Numbered from the stretch's first letter, positions 8,415-17,747 are shown. The stretch is DNA of 64,000 nucleotides from Pseudomonadota bacterium (GCA_043825875.1 JBDRRF010000110.1:1-64000); one strand, 5' to 3'. A program made the numbers and translations. Notes: generated by a model not told the origin, from the letters alone.

Positions 8415-11192
8415 ATGTCGGAAGCTGGCGGTACCACAACACAATCAGGCATCCATTACCAAAACTCCATTGCGGCCCTTTACCTTGGGCGTTTATTAGA
8501 TCCGCGCCAAAGGACAGCTAGTGAGCGTGTCGTCCAAGTTAGGGTGGAAGCGCCCGAGCACGTTGATGACATTGTCGTGCGATATGCAGATGGTAGTCGT
8601 TCATTCATCCAAGCTAAGGAGTCTCTATCACTATCTTCGAAAGAGTGGGGTAGGTTATGGATTGACTTTGCATCGCAAGCTCAAAAATGTACAACTGAGA
8701 ATTTTTGCCTCATACTTGCTATCGGTACAATCTCAAGTGATATTGTAAACCTCCGTGAACTTTGCGATCGAGCAAAAGGGAAGCAAAACCATGAGGAATG
8801 GAATGATAGCCTTTCCTCTGCCTTAAAAAAGGTTGCTCAAAAAATTATTGACGTCGTACCCAAGAAGTCTGTCAACGCAGCCTTCGAGTTGGTCAGATTT
8901 GTTGAAGTTTGGATTTGGCCACTCAATACAATTGAGCGTGATCTAGTCCCGCTTTGGATTCCCCCATCATCTTCTTCACAAAATTCACTTTTTGAACTCT
9001 TGCGCGGTAAGGTCGGCGGAAAAGCAAGAATTCGCGGTTTATTCAGCATTGCCCAACTTCTTGATGAATTATTTGTCAAAAACAAAGTTAAAATTAATGA
9101 GGTTTCCAGCTGGGGTATAGATGCTTACCTCCAAGCGATCAGAACGGAGATGGGAATTCTGTCCGTCCCTGGAACAAAACTTAAGGGGCCAATCGAGGAT
9201 ATTTTTTTCTGGATGCCATTATATGATCGTGCCAATGACAAGGCCCATGTTGATTTTGAGAATGAGGATCCCCGATCGCGATGGGAGCGACCAAATGAGA
9301 TTATCGACTTACGTGATTTCCCACGCGGAAAAATCGGTCGAGCGGTAATTGATGCAGGAGCAGGCTTTGGCAAGACAACCATGTTGCACGCTATTGCATG
9401 TAATCTCTGCCATAGGGTCCACATTCCCGTCTTAATTTTACTTGATGCGCTAGCTTATTCAAATATATCCGTGCTTGGTTATCTCAATGACAAGATTAAT
9501 GCCGAATACGATGTATCAATAGATTGGGAACGACTATGTGAAGGTGGGCGTGCCGTAGTTTTGTTTGATGGACTAGATGAACTTTCAGGAGCTGATCGTA
9601 CCAGCGTATTAAACACAATTATCAAATTTGCTGCGCGCTTTCCTAAATCAGCTTTTTTGCTCACAGTAAGAGACAGTACAGCACTTACAGTGCCACTTGG
9701 AGTATCGGTACTGGCGCTAAATCGACTGGATGATTTTGCGATAAGACAATTTGCAGAAGCATATGCGCCATACGGGGCCAGCTTGTCAGCAGATGCACTC
9801 TCTATTCACCTTGAGCGACATCCTGATCTATGTCATTTGCTTCGAATCCCTTTGTTCTTGGCTTTGGTACTCGCAAGTGTTGGCCCAAAAGACAATCTTC
9901 CGAGCTCACGTTCTGAGCTATTAGAACATTACCTGTCATTGCTTTTTTCGCCCGAAAGATACAAAGCCATGGCAGTACCATTGCCCCCATTATATGATTT
10001 GCGAGAAGCTGCTGAACTTCTTGCATGGCGTGGTTTAGAGGGGGATGGAATCGGCCTTGCTGAGATAGAGGCGAGACGGTTACTGAAGGGGCAAGGATTA
10101 AGCGAACAATCTGACGTATATATTGAACGGTTAGTGCAAATTGGTGTTTTACGGCGTGCAGCAGCTCGTTTACGGTTTGCATATCCAATTTTGCAGGAGT
10201 ACCTTGCAGCTTGCTGGATGGTCGCTAATGCCCCAAATGAAATTGGCCCACGTTTCGCAAGTATAAATCGCCGGCCTTGGGCTCAAACATTGCAATTTGC
10301 GCTTGAAATGCATCCGTATTCAGGCACTATTATCAATAATCAACTCAAAGCTCCAGACGATGTTTTCCATACTACTTTACGCCTCATTGCCCGCTGTATC
10401 GTGAATGGTGCCAAAGTAATCCCCGAGATTAAGAAATTGGTCGGTGACCGTCTTGCTGAAGCCTGGCCCTCAGAGGCAGGTTCTATTGAGAAGAGTATCG
10501 GCTATCTTCTTGCGGATGGATTTCTTGATCCTTTGCCGCAAAAAGCGGTCAAACATATATCTACTTGGGCGCTAGGCTCTGGTGGTGCTGAAATAGTTGC
10601 CGCAAAATTATCACCCCCCCTAACGAAGGAGATACTAATTAAATTTATTGCGAAGGATCTGGATTTCAGGCGTAATCTTCATGGTTGGCAGGTCGCGGTA
10701 GATGATATAGCTGACGAAGCCCTTGACCTCTATCTTAAGAGGGTTCGCGAGAGCCGGACCACCGAAAAAGAACTCGATTCCTTATCGTCACTTATTGCAG
10801 CATTACCACCATCTCATCTACGCCCCAATCGTTGGCATGAAATCACAACGGATTCTACGCTGCCACCAATTATTCAGCTTGCTGGTTATCGATTAGGGCC
10901 TCGCCCAGTGCCCTCGAGCGCATGGAGTGTCATAAGCGAGGTGATCAGTCTTTATGAATCAGACGAATCAAATTATATGTATGGTTATCTTGCATTCAAG
11001 CTATATTGGAATATGGATGATGCTGGAGATAAGTTCGTACAAATGCTGAATGATCCAGCGGTACCCGAAAAACGGATTCAATCAAGCTTAGAAGGTCTCT
11101 TGAGAAGCTATATGGATAATAATGCTAAACGCGAGCAATTCTTTGGCGCGCCATTAGCAAATCAAACCTTTCGCGAAATATTCTTTTTCTAA
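8415..11192 (+). CDS. NACHT/STAND NTPase with N-terminal PD-(D/E)xK nuclease-like domain (NLR-like defence protein), 5' part
   Basis: G-YQ..VDDIVV..FIQAK nuclease motif; Walker A AGAGFGKTT; Walker B VLFDGLDE; IPLFL; FAYPILQEYLAA. Confidence 0.8.
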   Translation: MSEAGGTTTQSGIHYQNSIAALYLGRLLDPRQRTASERVVQVRVEAPEHVDDIVVRYADGSRSFIQAKESLSLSSKEWGRLWIDFASQAQKCTTENFCLILAIGTISSDIVNLRELCDRAKGKQNHEEWNDSLSSALKKVAQKIIDVVPKKSVNAAFELVRFVEVWIWPLNTIERDLVPLWIPPSSSSQNSLFELLRGKVGGKARIRGLFSIAQLLDELFVKNKVKINEVSSWGIDAYLQAIRTEMGILSVPGTKLKGPIEDIFFWMPLYDRANDKAHVDFENEDPRSRWERPNEIIDLRDFPRGKIGRAVIDAGAGFGKTTMLHAIACNLCHRVHIPVLILLDALAYSNISVLGYLNDKINAEYDVSIDWERLCEGGRAVVLFDGLDELSGADRTSVLNTIIKFAARFPKSAFLLTVRDSTALTVPLGVSVLALNRLDDFAIRQFAEAYAPYGASLSADALSIHLERHPDLCHLLRIPLFLALVLASVGPKDNLPSSRSELLEHYLSLLFSPERYKAMAVPLPPLYDLREAAELLAWRGLEGDGIGLAEIEARRLLKGQGLSEQSDVYIERLVQIGVLRRAAARLRFAYPILQEYLAACWMVANAPNEIGPRFASINRRPWAQTLQFALEMHPYSGTIINNQLKAPDDVFHTTLRLIARCIVNGAKVIPEIKKLVGDRLAEAWPSEAGSIEKSIGYLLADGFLDPLPQKAVKHISTWALGSGGAEIVAAKLSPPLTKEILIKFIAKDLDFRRNLHGWQVAVDDIADEALDLYLKRVRESRTTEKELDSLSSLIAALPPSHLRPNRWHEITTDSTLPPIIQLAGYRLGPRPVPSSAWSVISEVISLYESDESNYMYGYLAFKLYWNMDDAGDKFVQMLNDPAVPEKRIQSSLEGLLRSYMDNNAKREQFFGAPLANQTFREIFFF

Positions 11193-11929
11193 TGCTGCTT
11201 TGTTTAGCTATTTTGGGTGACGAGAAAGCAGAACAAGAAACGGTGCCCATGCTTCTTGATCAGGATTTCGACAATGTGTCTGCTTGGCTCCTTCAAATCA
11301 ATAAATTCAGCGAGACAACAGTGCGCAATGGAGCAATGATTCTTTCGGGGCGACCAATCAAAGCAAAACAATTATTGAAACTTATTGGTTCTGCAGATTT
11401 TGGCTTGAGCTTTAAGACCAATGCATCGATTTCTGGCGCGGCTGCTGGTAACGAACCATATATTCACCCGTCGCGTGCTGAGATGCTAAACAGTTTGTTA
11501 GCAAACCTGAAGGATGATGATGAAAGCATCGATGCCCTGCGGGTTCGACTGCAAGCGGGAGATACAGGCGCTCTCGAACGGCTTATTGCTGAAATCAGTA
11601 GGTTCATCGAGGGATTTCAAGGGTTCATGCCATTCGACGATGACCATAATGTTAGCTTCACACTCTACATCATCGGTCAACAAAGCTCATCCTTGCCTAT
11701 AGATATTCTCTTTCAAATAATCGATAAGTCATCTTCAAACGCTGGTCGAGATGCAGTCGATTTGATAGTTCGTAGTGGTGATGATAAAGTTATACTACCG
11801 CTATTGGAACGGTATAACTCGCGAGATCATGACTTTGTCCATGAAGGAATCTTTGCTGGTCTCGAAACGCTAGGTGGACGCTATGGCAAGCGCTTTGTCC
11901 GTGAAGGTGCCAAGCTAATAATTGAATAG
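11192..11929 (+). CDS. Helical-repeat C-terminal part of the NACHT protein (probably frameshifted from 8415-11192)
   Basis: This frame stays open upstream of the ATG (LWRAISKSNLSRNILFLML), overlapping the first ORF's end; no clear RBS. Confidence 0.6.
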   Translation: MLLCLAILGDEKAEQETVPMLLDQDFDNVSAWLLQINKFSETTVRNGAMILSGRPIKAKQLLKLIGSADFGLSFKTNASISGAAAGNEPYIHPSRAEMLNSLLANLKDDDESIDALRVRLQAGDTGALERLIAEISRFIEGFQGFMPFDDDHNVSFTLYIIGQQSSSLPIDILFQIIDKSSSNAGRDAVDLIVRSGDDKVILPLLERYNSRDHDFVHEGIFAGLETLGGRYGKRFVREGAKLIIE

Positions 11930-11939
11930 GATGACTATA

Positions 11940-11998
11940 TTCTAACATTCGGCTTGACTCCGACTGGGCTGCGCCCGCTGGTCAGCCAAACGTTACTC
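11940..11998 (+). other. Integron attC site (59 bp)
   Basis: R'' TTCTAAC, L'' GGCTTGAC, central GGGC-TGC-GCCC hairpin, L' GTCAGCC, R' GTTACTC; one extrahelical base in L''. Confidence 0.85.
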
Positions 11999-12258
11999 TC
12001 TTTCAATCAGAAATAAATATTTTTCAAAAAATCCGGCAGCATTTCTTTGTAGGTGAAGACAGCGATTCTGGCGGTTTGACGATCTTGAAAAATATTAATT
12101 CTGTTTTTTTGTTGAATACTTCCTAAAAGAAGGAAATCTAACAAATTCATCCAAATAGTAGATTTCTAACGGAAACCATGATAAAAATAACCCGAAATTA
12201 ATCTTAAAAAAGAAACCACTGTTATTGAATAGAAACTATTCAATAACTTATTAGGACT

Positions 12259-12792
12259 ATGAATAAAATCATAATAATAGGCAATTCCGGTTCCGGAAAA
12301 ACATGGTTAGGAAAGAAGTTAGCTTCAGTTCTCGGAATTTCGCATATTTCATTGGACAATATTTTCTGGGAGCCTGGTGGTTACAACCGGAAAAGAGACG
12401 ACTTCGATGTTGAGGCCGATATAAAAAGAATTCAAAGCTATGAGAGTTGGATCGCTGAAGGAGTATTCGGTCACCTCATTGAGCCACTAACTGTCTTTGC
12501 TGATACTTTAATCTATATTAACTTGCCTTGGTGTGAATGTAAGAACAACCTATTAAATCGAGGCTCTGAGAGTTCTATGCAACTGGACCCAAGAAAAGCA
12601 GAAGAAAATTTCCAATCGCTTTTTGAATGGGCTTCTGCATATGAGACTCGGGACAGTAAGGCTTCCAAAAGATATCACAGTTTTTTGTTTGAGAGTTTTT
12701 CAGGACAAAAACATATGGTTTCTAACCGTGATGAGTTTGATCGGTTAATAGAAATATGGCTAACCCATCCTTTAACTATGACCGAGCGATGA
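12259..12792 (+). CDS. P-loop kinase, adenylate-kinase/FlaR (topology modulation)-like; cassette gene
   Basis: IIGNSGSGKT, LDNIFW, WIAEG motifs; 3' end runs into an attC. Confidence 0.75.
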   Translation: MNKIIIIGNSGSGKTWLGKKLASVLGISHISLDNIFWEPGGYNRKRDDFDVEADIKRIQSYESWIAEGVFGHLIEPLTVFADTLIYINLPWCECKNNLLNRGSESSMQLDPRKAEENFQSLFEWASAYETRDSKASKRYHSFLFESFSGQKHMVSNRDEFDRLIEIWLTHPLTMTER

Positions 12793-12826
12793 AACACCGC
12801 CCGGCATGTTAAGGGCTATGTTTTGA
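12758..12826 (+). other. Integron attC site (69 bp)
   Basis: R'' GGCTAAC, L'' CCTTTAAC, paired central stem, L' GTTAAGG, R' GTTTTGA. Confidence 0.8.
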
Positions 12827-12844
12827 AAATATGAAGGATTAACA

Positions 12845-13048
12845 ATGGATATATCGACTTTAATGTGGGGACTGATATTTGGTTCAATCGGTTTAGGATT
12901 TTTTGTTTATGGCAAAAAACAAAAAGCTGTTATTCCTCTTTTTAGCGGAATAGGATTAATGGTAATTCCATATTTTATTTCAAATATATTTATTCTTGTT
13001 GTCTCAGGTATTGTTTTGATAGCATTACCTTATTTCATTAGAATTTAA
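12845..13048 (+). CDS. Small membrane protein (cassette gene)
   Basis: 67 aa, hydrophobic, YGKKQ motif; RBS AAGGA; starts 18 bp after the attC core. Confidence 0.7.
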   Translation: MDISTLMWGLIFGSIGLGFFVYGKKQKAVIPLFSGIGLMVIPYFISNIFILVVSGIVLIALPYFIRI

Positions 13049-13134
13049 TGGAATATGTTTCTAATTGAGTTAGAAATTTTAATACTACATCTTTCATTCT
13101 ATGAAAGCCACATAACAAAGCTAAACAACTCGTG

Positions 13135-13267
13135 GATAGTGCGGTACACCCTTTAGTTATTCAGTTTCTTTTAATTCAAGCCATAATACGCTTATTCTTT
13201 TAATTTTTCGGTTAAGATTTTTTTACCATATCTCAGTTTCTCCCAAACCTGTGATAAGAATATTCTT
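13135..13267 (+). repeat. ~135-bp dispersed direct repeat, copy A
   Basis: GATAGTGCGG(T/A)ACACCCTTTAGTTATTCAG...CATATC(T/A)CAGTTTCTCC shared with 15072-15206. Confidence 0.8.
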
Positions 13268-13415
13268 AAAATTACGGTAATCAACCGGAACAAGAGCAGT
13301 TATCTGTATTTTTACCTTGCACCTGTAATGTCACCTGTTATATTATTTTACAATTTCTGGGTCATATAAGCCGTATTCATCTATCTTGGAATAAACCGAT
13401 ATAAGAGATATAAAG

Positions 13416-13760
13416 ATGAACAATCAAAACCTGCCAGCAAAAACCGAATTCCTTCTCTATCAAACAGAAGATGGCCGCATCCGAATTGAAACGCGCATGC
13501 AGGATGAGACTGTATGGCTGACTCAGCAGATGATGGCAGGACTGTTCCAGACCACAAAACAGAATATTAGTCTTCATATTCAAAATATCTTTGATGAAGG
13601 TGAATTAAATCAGGAAGCAACTGTCAAGGATTTCTTGACAGTTCATCAGGAAGTTTAGCGCAAGATCCAACGCAATCTAACTTATTGCAATCTGCTGAAG
13701 TAGAAAAGGAACTTAAAAAGATTGAGACATCTGCAAAAAAGAAAAGCAAGCATAGCATAG
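13416..13760 (+). pseudogene. rhuM: RhuM-family protein remnant
   Basis: LLYQTEDG..ETVWLTQQMMAGLFQTTKQNISLHIQNIFDEGEL; premature TAG, then an apparent jump to a C-terminal-like EVEKELKKIE. Confidence 0.75.
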
Positions 13761-13949
13761 CGTCAAAAGCATTAAAAATATGTCTTTCTCTTGATATACC
13801 CACTTAAGATACCTGTTAAAGATCACTGTCGCATCTAAATCTGCAACAGGAAGAATATCTTGGGATCCTTTTTCTGTTATAAATTATTTACTGTCACAAC
13901 CGGATAATAGGCATATTATAATTTAAATTTTAACAGAGGAGAGTAAATA

Positions 13950-15014
13950 ATGTCTAAAGAAAGAAATGCAACAAGCGATGCGCGGTTGTCCGATGATATG
14001 AGCCATGTTGGAGATTTGCCCCAAGGCTTGGACTTCCTGGAGACGAATGCCCATCTTATCATGGGCGAGTCACAGGGTTATGACATTTGTCTGCTGCCTC
14101 TTTTCTGGCATGTTGGGGGAGGCCGACAGGGAAAGTGGCGGGTCGATGAAGTTTTAATGTGCCAGACCACTTTTTTTATTTTGCCCCAAGACCAAAGGGG
14201 CAGGATGCAAGATAACGACTTTATCGGCAACCGCCAAGACCCAACAGAGTGGATAGGTGGTGATGTCCAAATCGTAGAGCACCCCGATAGGATAATCTGG
14301 CAGGTTGGAAATATGCAGTACATATGCCGCCCGCCCTATTGGGAAATTAAGGGAGAGCACATGGGAGTGATGTGCGACCTGCTCTTGGGGGGGATGGGAA
14401 AAGCCGATCGCACTTTCGGGCCCTGGTCCAACCTGGCTACGACTCGCCGTGCCGGCTATGATCAGCGTTGCTGGGTCGAGGGTACTATAACCGTAGGTGG
14501 TCAGAAATTTACTTTGGAAAATGGTTATGGTGGCCATGAGATACTGACCCTGGGGGAAACCTGGGACCATATGAAAGCCATGGGCCAGGCGCCATATTAT
14601 TGGATATCGGGCATGAACGAATCAATACAGATTTTTCTGTTTGCTATGCCAGGTGCGGGAATCAGCTATGGCCGAATCTATGTGGATGGTCTGGAGATTC
14701 CCTTCAGTCAGGGCGAGATCTTCGTAAATGATCTGGAATTGTGGATTGACCCAAAGACTGGCATGCAAGTACCCATAAGGTGGCATGTTAATATGAACTC
14801 GGCAGGTGGTATTGCGGACATGGAAATTGTTGCCGGTGGAAGGGGTCTGTTTTGCGTGTTGACGCGATCAGGCTATACCCTGCGGTATCCGTTTCTTTCG
14901 CGGGCCAACGGCCATATATTTCTCCCCGATATGAAACGGGTTTCTATTGACAATTTAATGATCTATGTTGAGTGGGGCAGATCCGCTATGCCTCTGTCTG
15001 GAGGAGCCCCGTGA
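13950..15014 (+). CDS. Hypothetical all-beta protein, AttH/CrtC/tocopherol-cyclase-like fold suspected
   Basis: RBS AGGAGAG; Trp/Gly-rich; VEGTITVGG..G-G-HE and WIDPKTG-QVPIRW motifs; visibly higher GC than flanks. Confidence 0.5.
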   Translation: MSKERNATSDARLSDDMSHVGDLPQGLDFLETNAHLIMGESQGYDICLLPLFWHVGGGRQGKWRVDEVLMCQTTFFILPQDQRGRMQDNDFIGNRQDPTEWIGGDVQIVEHPDRIIWQVGNMQYICRPPYWEIKGEHMGVMCDLLLGGMGKADRTFGPWSNLATTRRAGYDQRCWVEGTITVGGQKFTLENGYGGHEILTLGETWDHMKAMGQAPYYWISGMNESIQIFLFAMPGAGISYGRIYVDGLEIPFSQGEIFVNDLELWIDPKTGMQVPIRWHVNMNSAGGIADMEIVAGGRGLFCVLTRSGYTLRYPFLSRANGHIFLPDMKRVSIDNLMIYVEWGRSAMPLSGGAP

Positions 15015-15071
15015 GATTTCTGTTGGTTGGCTTTGTAAGCAGGATAGAAGAAGAACTCTTTCTAACCAGGA

Positions 15072-15206
15072 GATAGTGCGGAACACCCTTTAGTTATTCA
15101 GTTTTTTTTAATTCAAGCCATACATAATACGCTTATTTTTTAAAAATGTTCAATTAAGATTATTACATATCACAGTTTCTCCAAAACCTTTAATAAGAAG
15201 AATCTT
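15072..15206 (+). repeat. ~135-bp dispersed direct repeat, copy B
   Basis: Homologous to 13135-13267. Confidence 0.8.
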
Positions 15207-15547
15207 GCTGTTTTTTTATATTATAAATTTCTTCCTTTACATAAGATTTCAAATACAAAGTCGCAAACAGATTTCCGAAACAGTTTCTTGAATACTGGCT
15301 GATATCTGCAGCAAAGAAATAATTATGAAATAAAGACTGTATGTTTTTCTCATTAGTGGATACTTCCATCTGGATACTTTATATTCAGATCCTCTGCATT
15401 GCTTCCGGGGCTTGAATTCAATATCATATTGGATTACTTCATTTTTTTTGCAAAATGTTTTAGTGGCATGAATGTTGCCACTACTCTGTACTAAAGGCAC
15501 AGATAAACATTAATGCACAAAGAAACAATGAAAAAGGAGGTAACATT

Positions 15548-15889
15548 ATGAGACTTGTCAGAATAATGATCATTACAGTAATATTAGGGCTATCTATTGG
15601 TTTTTTACCAAAGACCGGTATGGCTCGTGATGTATCAATGGGAATTCATTTGGGCATACCATTTCCTGTTATCGAAGTCTATCACGCACTACCATTTCCA
15701 CCTCATCCGCGTGCTTTTTATAGCCATCGCCCATATAATCGAAACACATTTGCAAATAGATCGCGCTTTCGGCATAATAGAAATAATGAATACAGGGGAG
15801 AAGGACACGGATATTACAATCGGGAAGAAAGACGGGATAGATATGACCGTCATGATGGTTATCGTAATTCAAAACCCCGCAGAAGGTAA
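15548..15889 (+). CDS. Small secreted protein with R/H/Y/N-rich tail
   Basis: RBS AGGAGG, signal peptide, low-complexity C-terminus. Confidence 0.65.
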   Translation: MRLVRIMIITVILGLSIGFLPKTGMARDVSMGIHLGIPFPVIEVYHALPFPPHPRAFYSHRPYNRNTFANRSRFRHNRNNEYRGEGHGYYNREERRDRYDRHDGYRNSKPRRR

Positions 15890-16006
15890 TTATGTATCAA
15901 AAGGATAGCGTATAATAAATATAAGCAAACACCCCGACTCTATCAGCTTTTGAAGGGGGAAAAACAATTCCCCCTCATTGGAATCTACCATTAAGGAAAC
16001 TGCAAA

Positions 16007-16981
16007 ATGAAAAAGTTATTAATATTCGTAATGCTGTTATTGCCTCTCTGTGGCTGCTATGTCGATTACGGGCCCGGTTATAATGGCTATTATGGAGACG
16101 AAGTATACGGACCGGGAACTATTGTATTTGATGGTCCCCCGGATGTCATAGTGCTGCCTTATACAAACAATGTTTACGTTGTTCCTGATATAGATATTGA
16201 CTTGTATTTCTGGGATGGCTGGTGGTGGCGTTTATGGGAAGGTCGTTGGTATCGCTCAAATTATTATAACCGTGGTTGGAATCAATATTATAATGTCCCA
16301 AGTTTCTATGTTGGTATAGACCTTGGCTGGAGAAAATACTACAGAGAACGTAACTGGCACGGGCAGCGGTGGAACTATGAAAGGATTCCTAACCAACGAC
16401 TTCAGCAGAACTGGAAGAGCTGGAATAATGATAAGCATTGGGAAAAAAATAAAAAATGGGGTGTTCAAGGTTCAAGACCTGTTTTGCAACGTCCGGAGGT
16501 TCAGCCAGAACGTGTCTACAGGCCTCAACGCACTGAAACTAAGCCAGAACGTTACAACAAATCTCAACGCCCGGAAGCTCAACCCGGACGTGCCTACAGA
16601 CCTCAAAGTCAAGAGACTAAGCCTGAACGCGACTACAGGCTTCAACGCTCTGAAACTAAGCCAGAACGTGACAACAAATTTCAACGCCCGGAAGCTCAAC
16701 CCGGACGTGCCTACAGACCTCAACGTCAAGAGACTAAACCTGAACGCGACTACAGACCTCAACGCTCTGAGGCTAAGCCAGAGTTTGACTCCAAAACCCA
16801 ACACCCGGAAGCTCAACACGGACGTGACTCCAAACCTCAATCCGGTGAGGAAAAACCGGCACAAAGGATGATATCAAAATCTCAGGAGAAATTTAAAATA
16901 GATAATGCCAACCAACTGGAAAAACAAGAAAAGGAGGAAGTAGAAAAACAGGTTAGAAAAAACTACCAACAAAGATGGTAA
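16007..16981 (+). CDS. Lipoprotein with W/Y-rich domain and tandem 13-aa repeats
   Basis: Lipobox LCGC; repeats such as QRPEAQPGRAYRP and QRSETKPERDNKF. Confidence 0.75.
   Translation: MKKLLIFVMLLLPLCGCYVDYGPGYNGYYGDEVYGPGTIVFDGPPDVIVLPYTNNVYVVPDIDIDLYFWDGWWWRLWEGRWYRSNYYNRGWNQYYNVPSFYVGIDLGWRKYYRERNWHGQRWNYERIPNQRLQQNWKSWNNDKHWEKNKKWGVQGSRPVLQRPEVQPERVYRPQRTETKPERYNKSQRPEAQPGRAYRPQSQETKPERDYRLQRSETKPERDNKFQRPEAQPGRAYRPQRQETKPERDYRPQRSEAKPEFDSKTQHPEAQHGRDSKPQSGEEKPAQRMISKSQEKFKIDNANQLEKQEKEEVEKQVRKNYQQRW
16488..16850 (+). repeat. Intragenic 39-bp tandem repeat with a 117-bp higher-order unit
   Basis: CAACGCCCGGAAGCTCAACCCGG recurs at 16565 and 16682, 117 bp apart. Confidence 0.85.
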
Positions 16982-17192
16982 TCCTGGTTAGTACTTATTT
17001 ATTTTGTTTTTTCTATTTATGCAGTGGTAAGATAGTTACATTCAACCCTGAGATAAGAAGAATGGAAATTGGCTCATTGGTGTACAATTTTTTCGGCATA
17101 CGTTAATACCAAACAATACTGGTTTAACGGCAATGAATAAGAAAGATATCAAGTAATTTAAATCAATTTAGCCGACAAAGAGGGAAAGAGTT

Positions 17193-17612
17193 ATGAAAAA
17201 GGTTTTTGCTCTGCTGGCAGTAGTAATTTTAATTATAGCTGTATCGTTCGTCTGTGCTGAAGAGACCCCGGGTAATTCTGAAACACCGGGTCAAAATTTG
17301 ACAAAAGAAAAACAACAGGCAGAAAAAGAAGGCAAGCGTATGGAAAGAAAAGGGCAGCTTATTCAAAAGAAAGGTCAACGCTTGCAATTCAAAGGCAAAC
17401 TCATAGGAATAAAAGGTGAGTATATTCAAAAGAAAGGTGAACTGCTGGAACAAGAAGGAAAAGTTAAAAAAGGCAAACGTATGGAACATAAAGGCAAAGC
17501 CATAGAAAAAAAAGGCCAGCTTATTCAAAAGAAAGGTGAACGCTTGGAACGTAAAGGCAAAGCCATGGAAAAAAAAGGGGAGGCTATTAAAGAGCAGGTT
17601 AAAGATCTGTAA
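17193..17612 (+). CDS. Secreted Lys-rich heptad-repeat protein
   Basis: Signal peptide ending VCA; about 12 KGxx(I/L/M)(E/Q)x heptads. Confidence 0.7.
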   Translation: MKKVFALLAVVILIIAVSFVCAEETPGNSETPGQNLTKEKQQAEKEGKRMERKGQLIQKKGQRLQFKGKLIGIKGEYIQKKGELLEQEGKVKKGKRMEHKGKAIEKKGQLIQKKGERLERKGKAMEKKGEAIKEQVKDL

Positions 17613-17718
17613 AAGAAAAGAAGTGATAAAAAAAATAGTCCGTATTCAAATAAGATATCAAAAAAAAGGGGTAGTAAGTACGATTTCTCCTAAACCTTTG
17701 ATAAGAAAATCTTAGGCC

Positions 17719-17747
17719 TTGACAGGTTATGGGCATATGCTTATAAT
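17719..17747 (+). promoter_or_regulatory. Consensus sigma70 promoter overlapped by a palindrome
   Basis: TTGACA-N17-TATAAT; TTATGGGCATATGCTTATAA at 17727-17746. Confidence 0.75.

Noticed and set aside
15951..15977. Hairpin TGAAGGGGGAA..TTCCCCCTCA
   Set aside because: Probably an ordinary terminator or intergenic stem; no further support
16488..16850. CRISPR-like periodicity
   Set aside because: Units are contiguous, in-frame coding repeats with no unique spacers, and there are no cas genes
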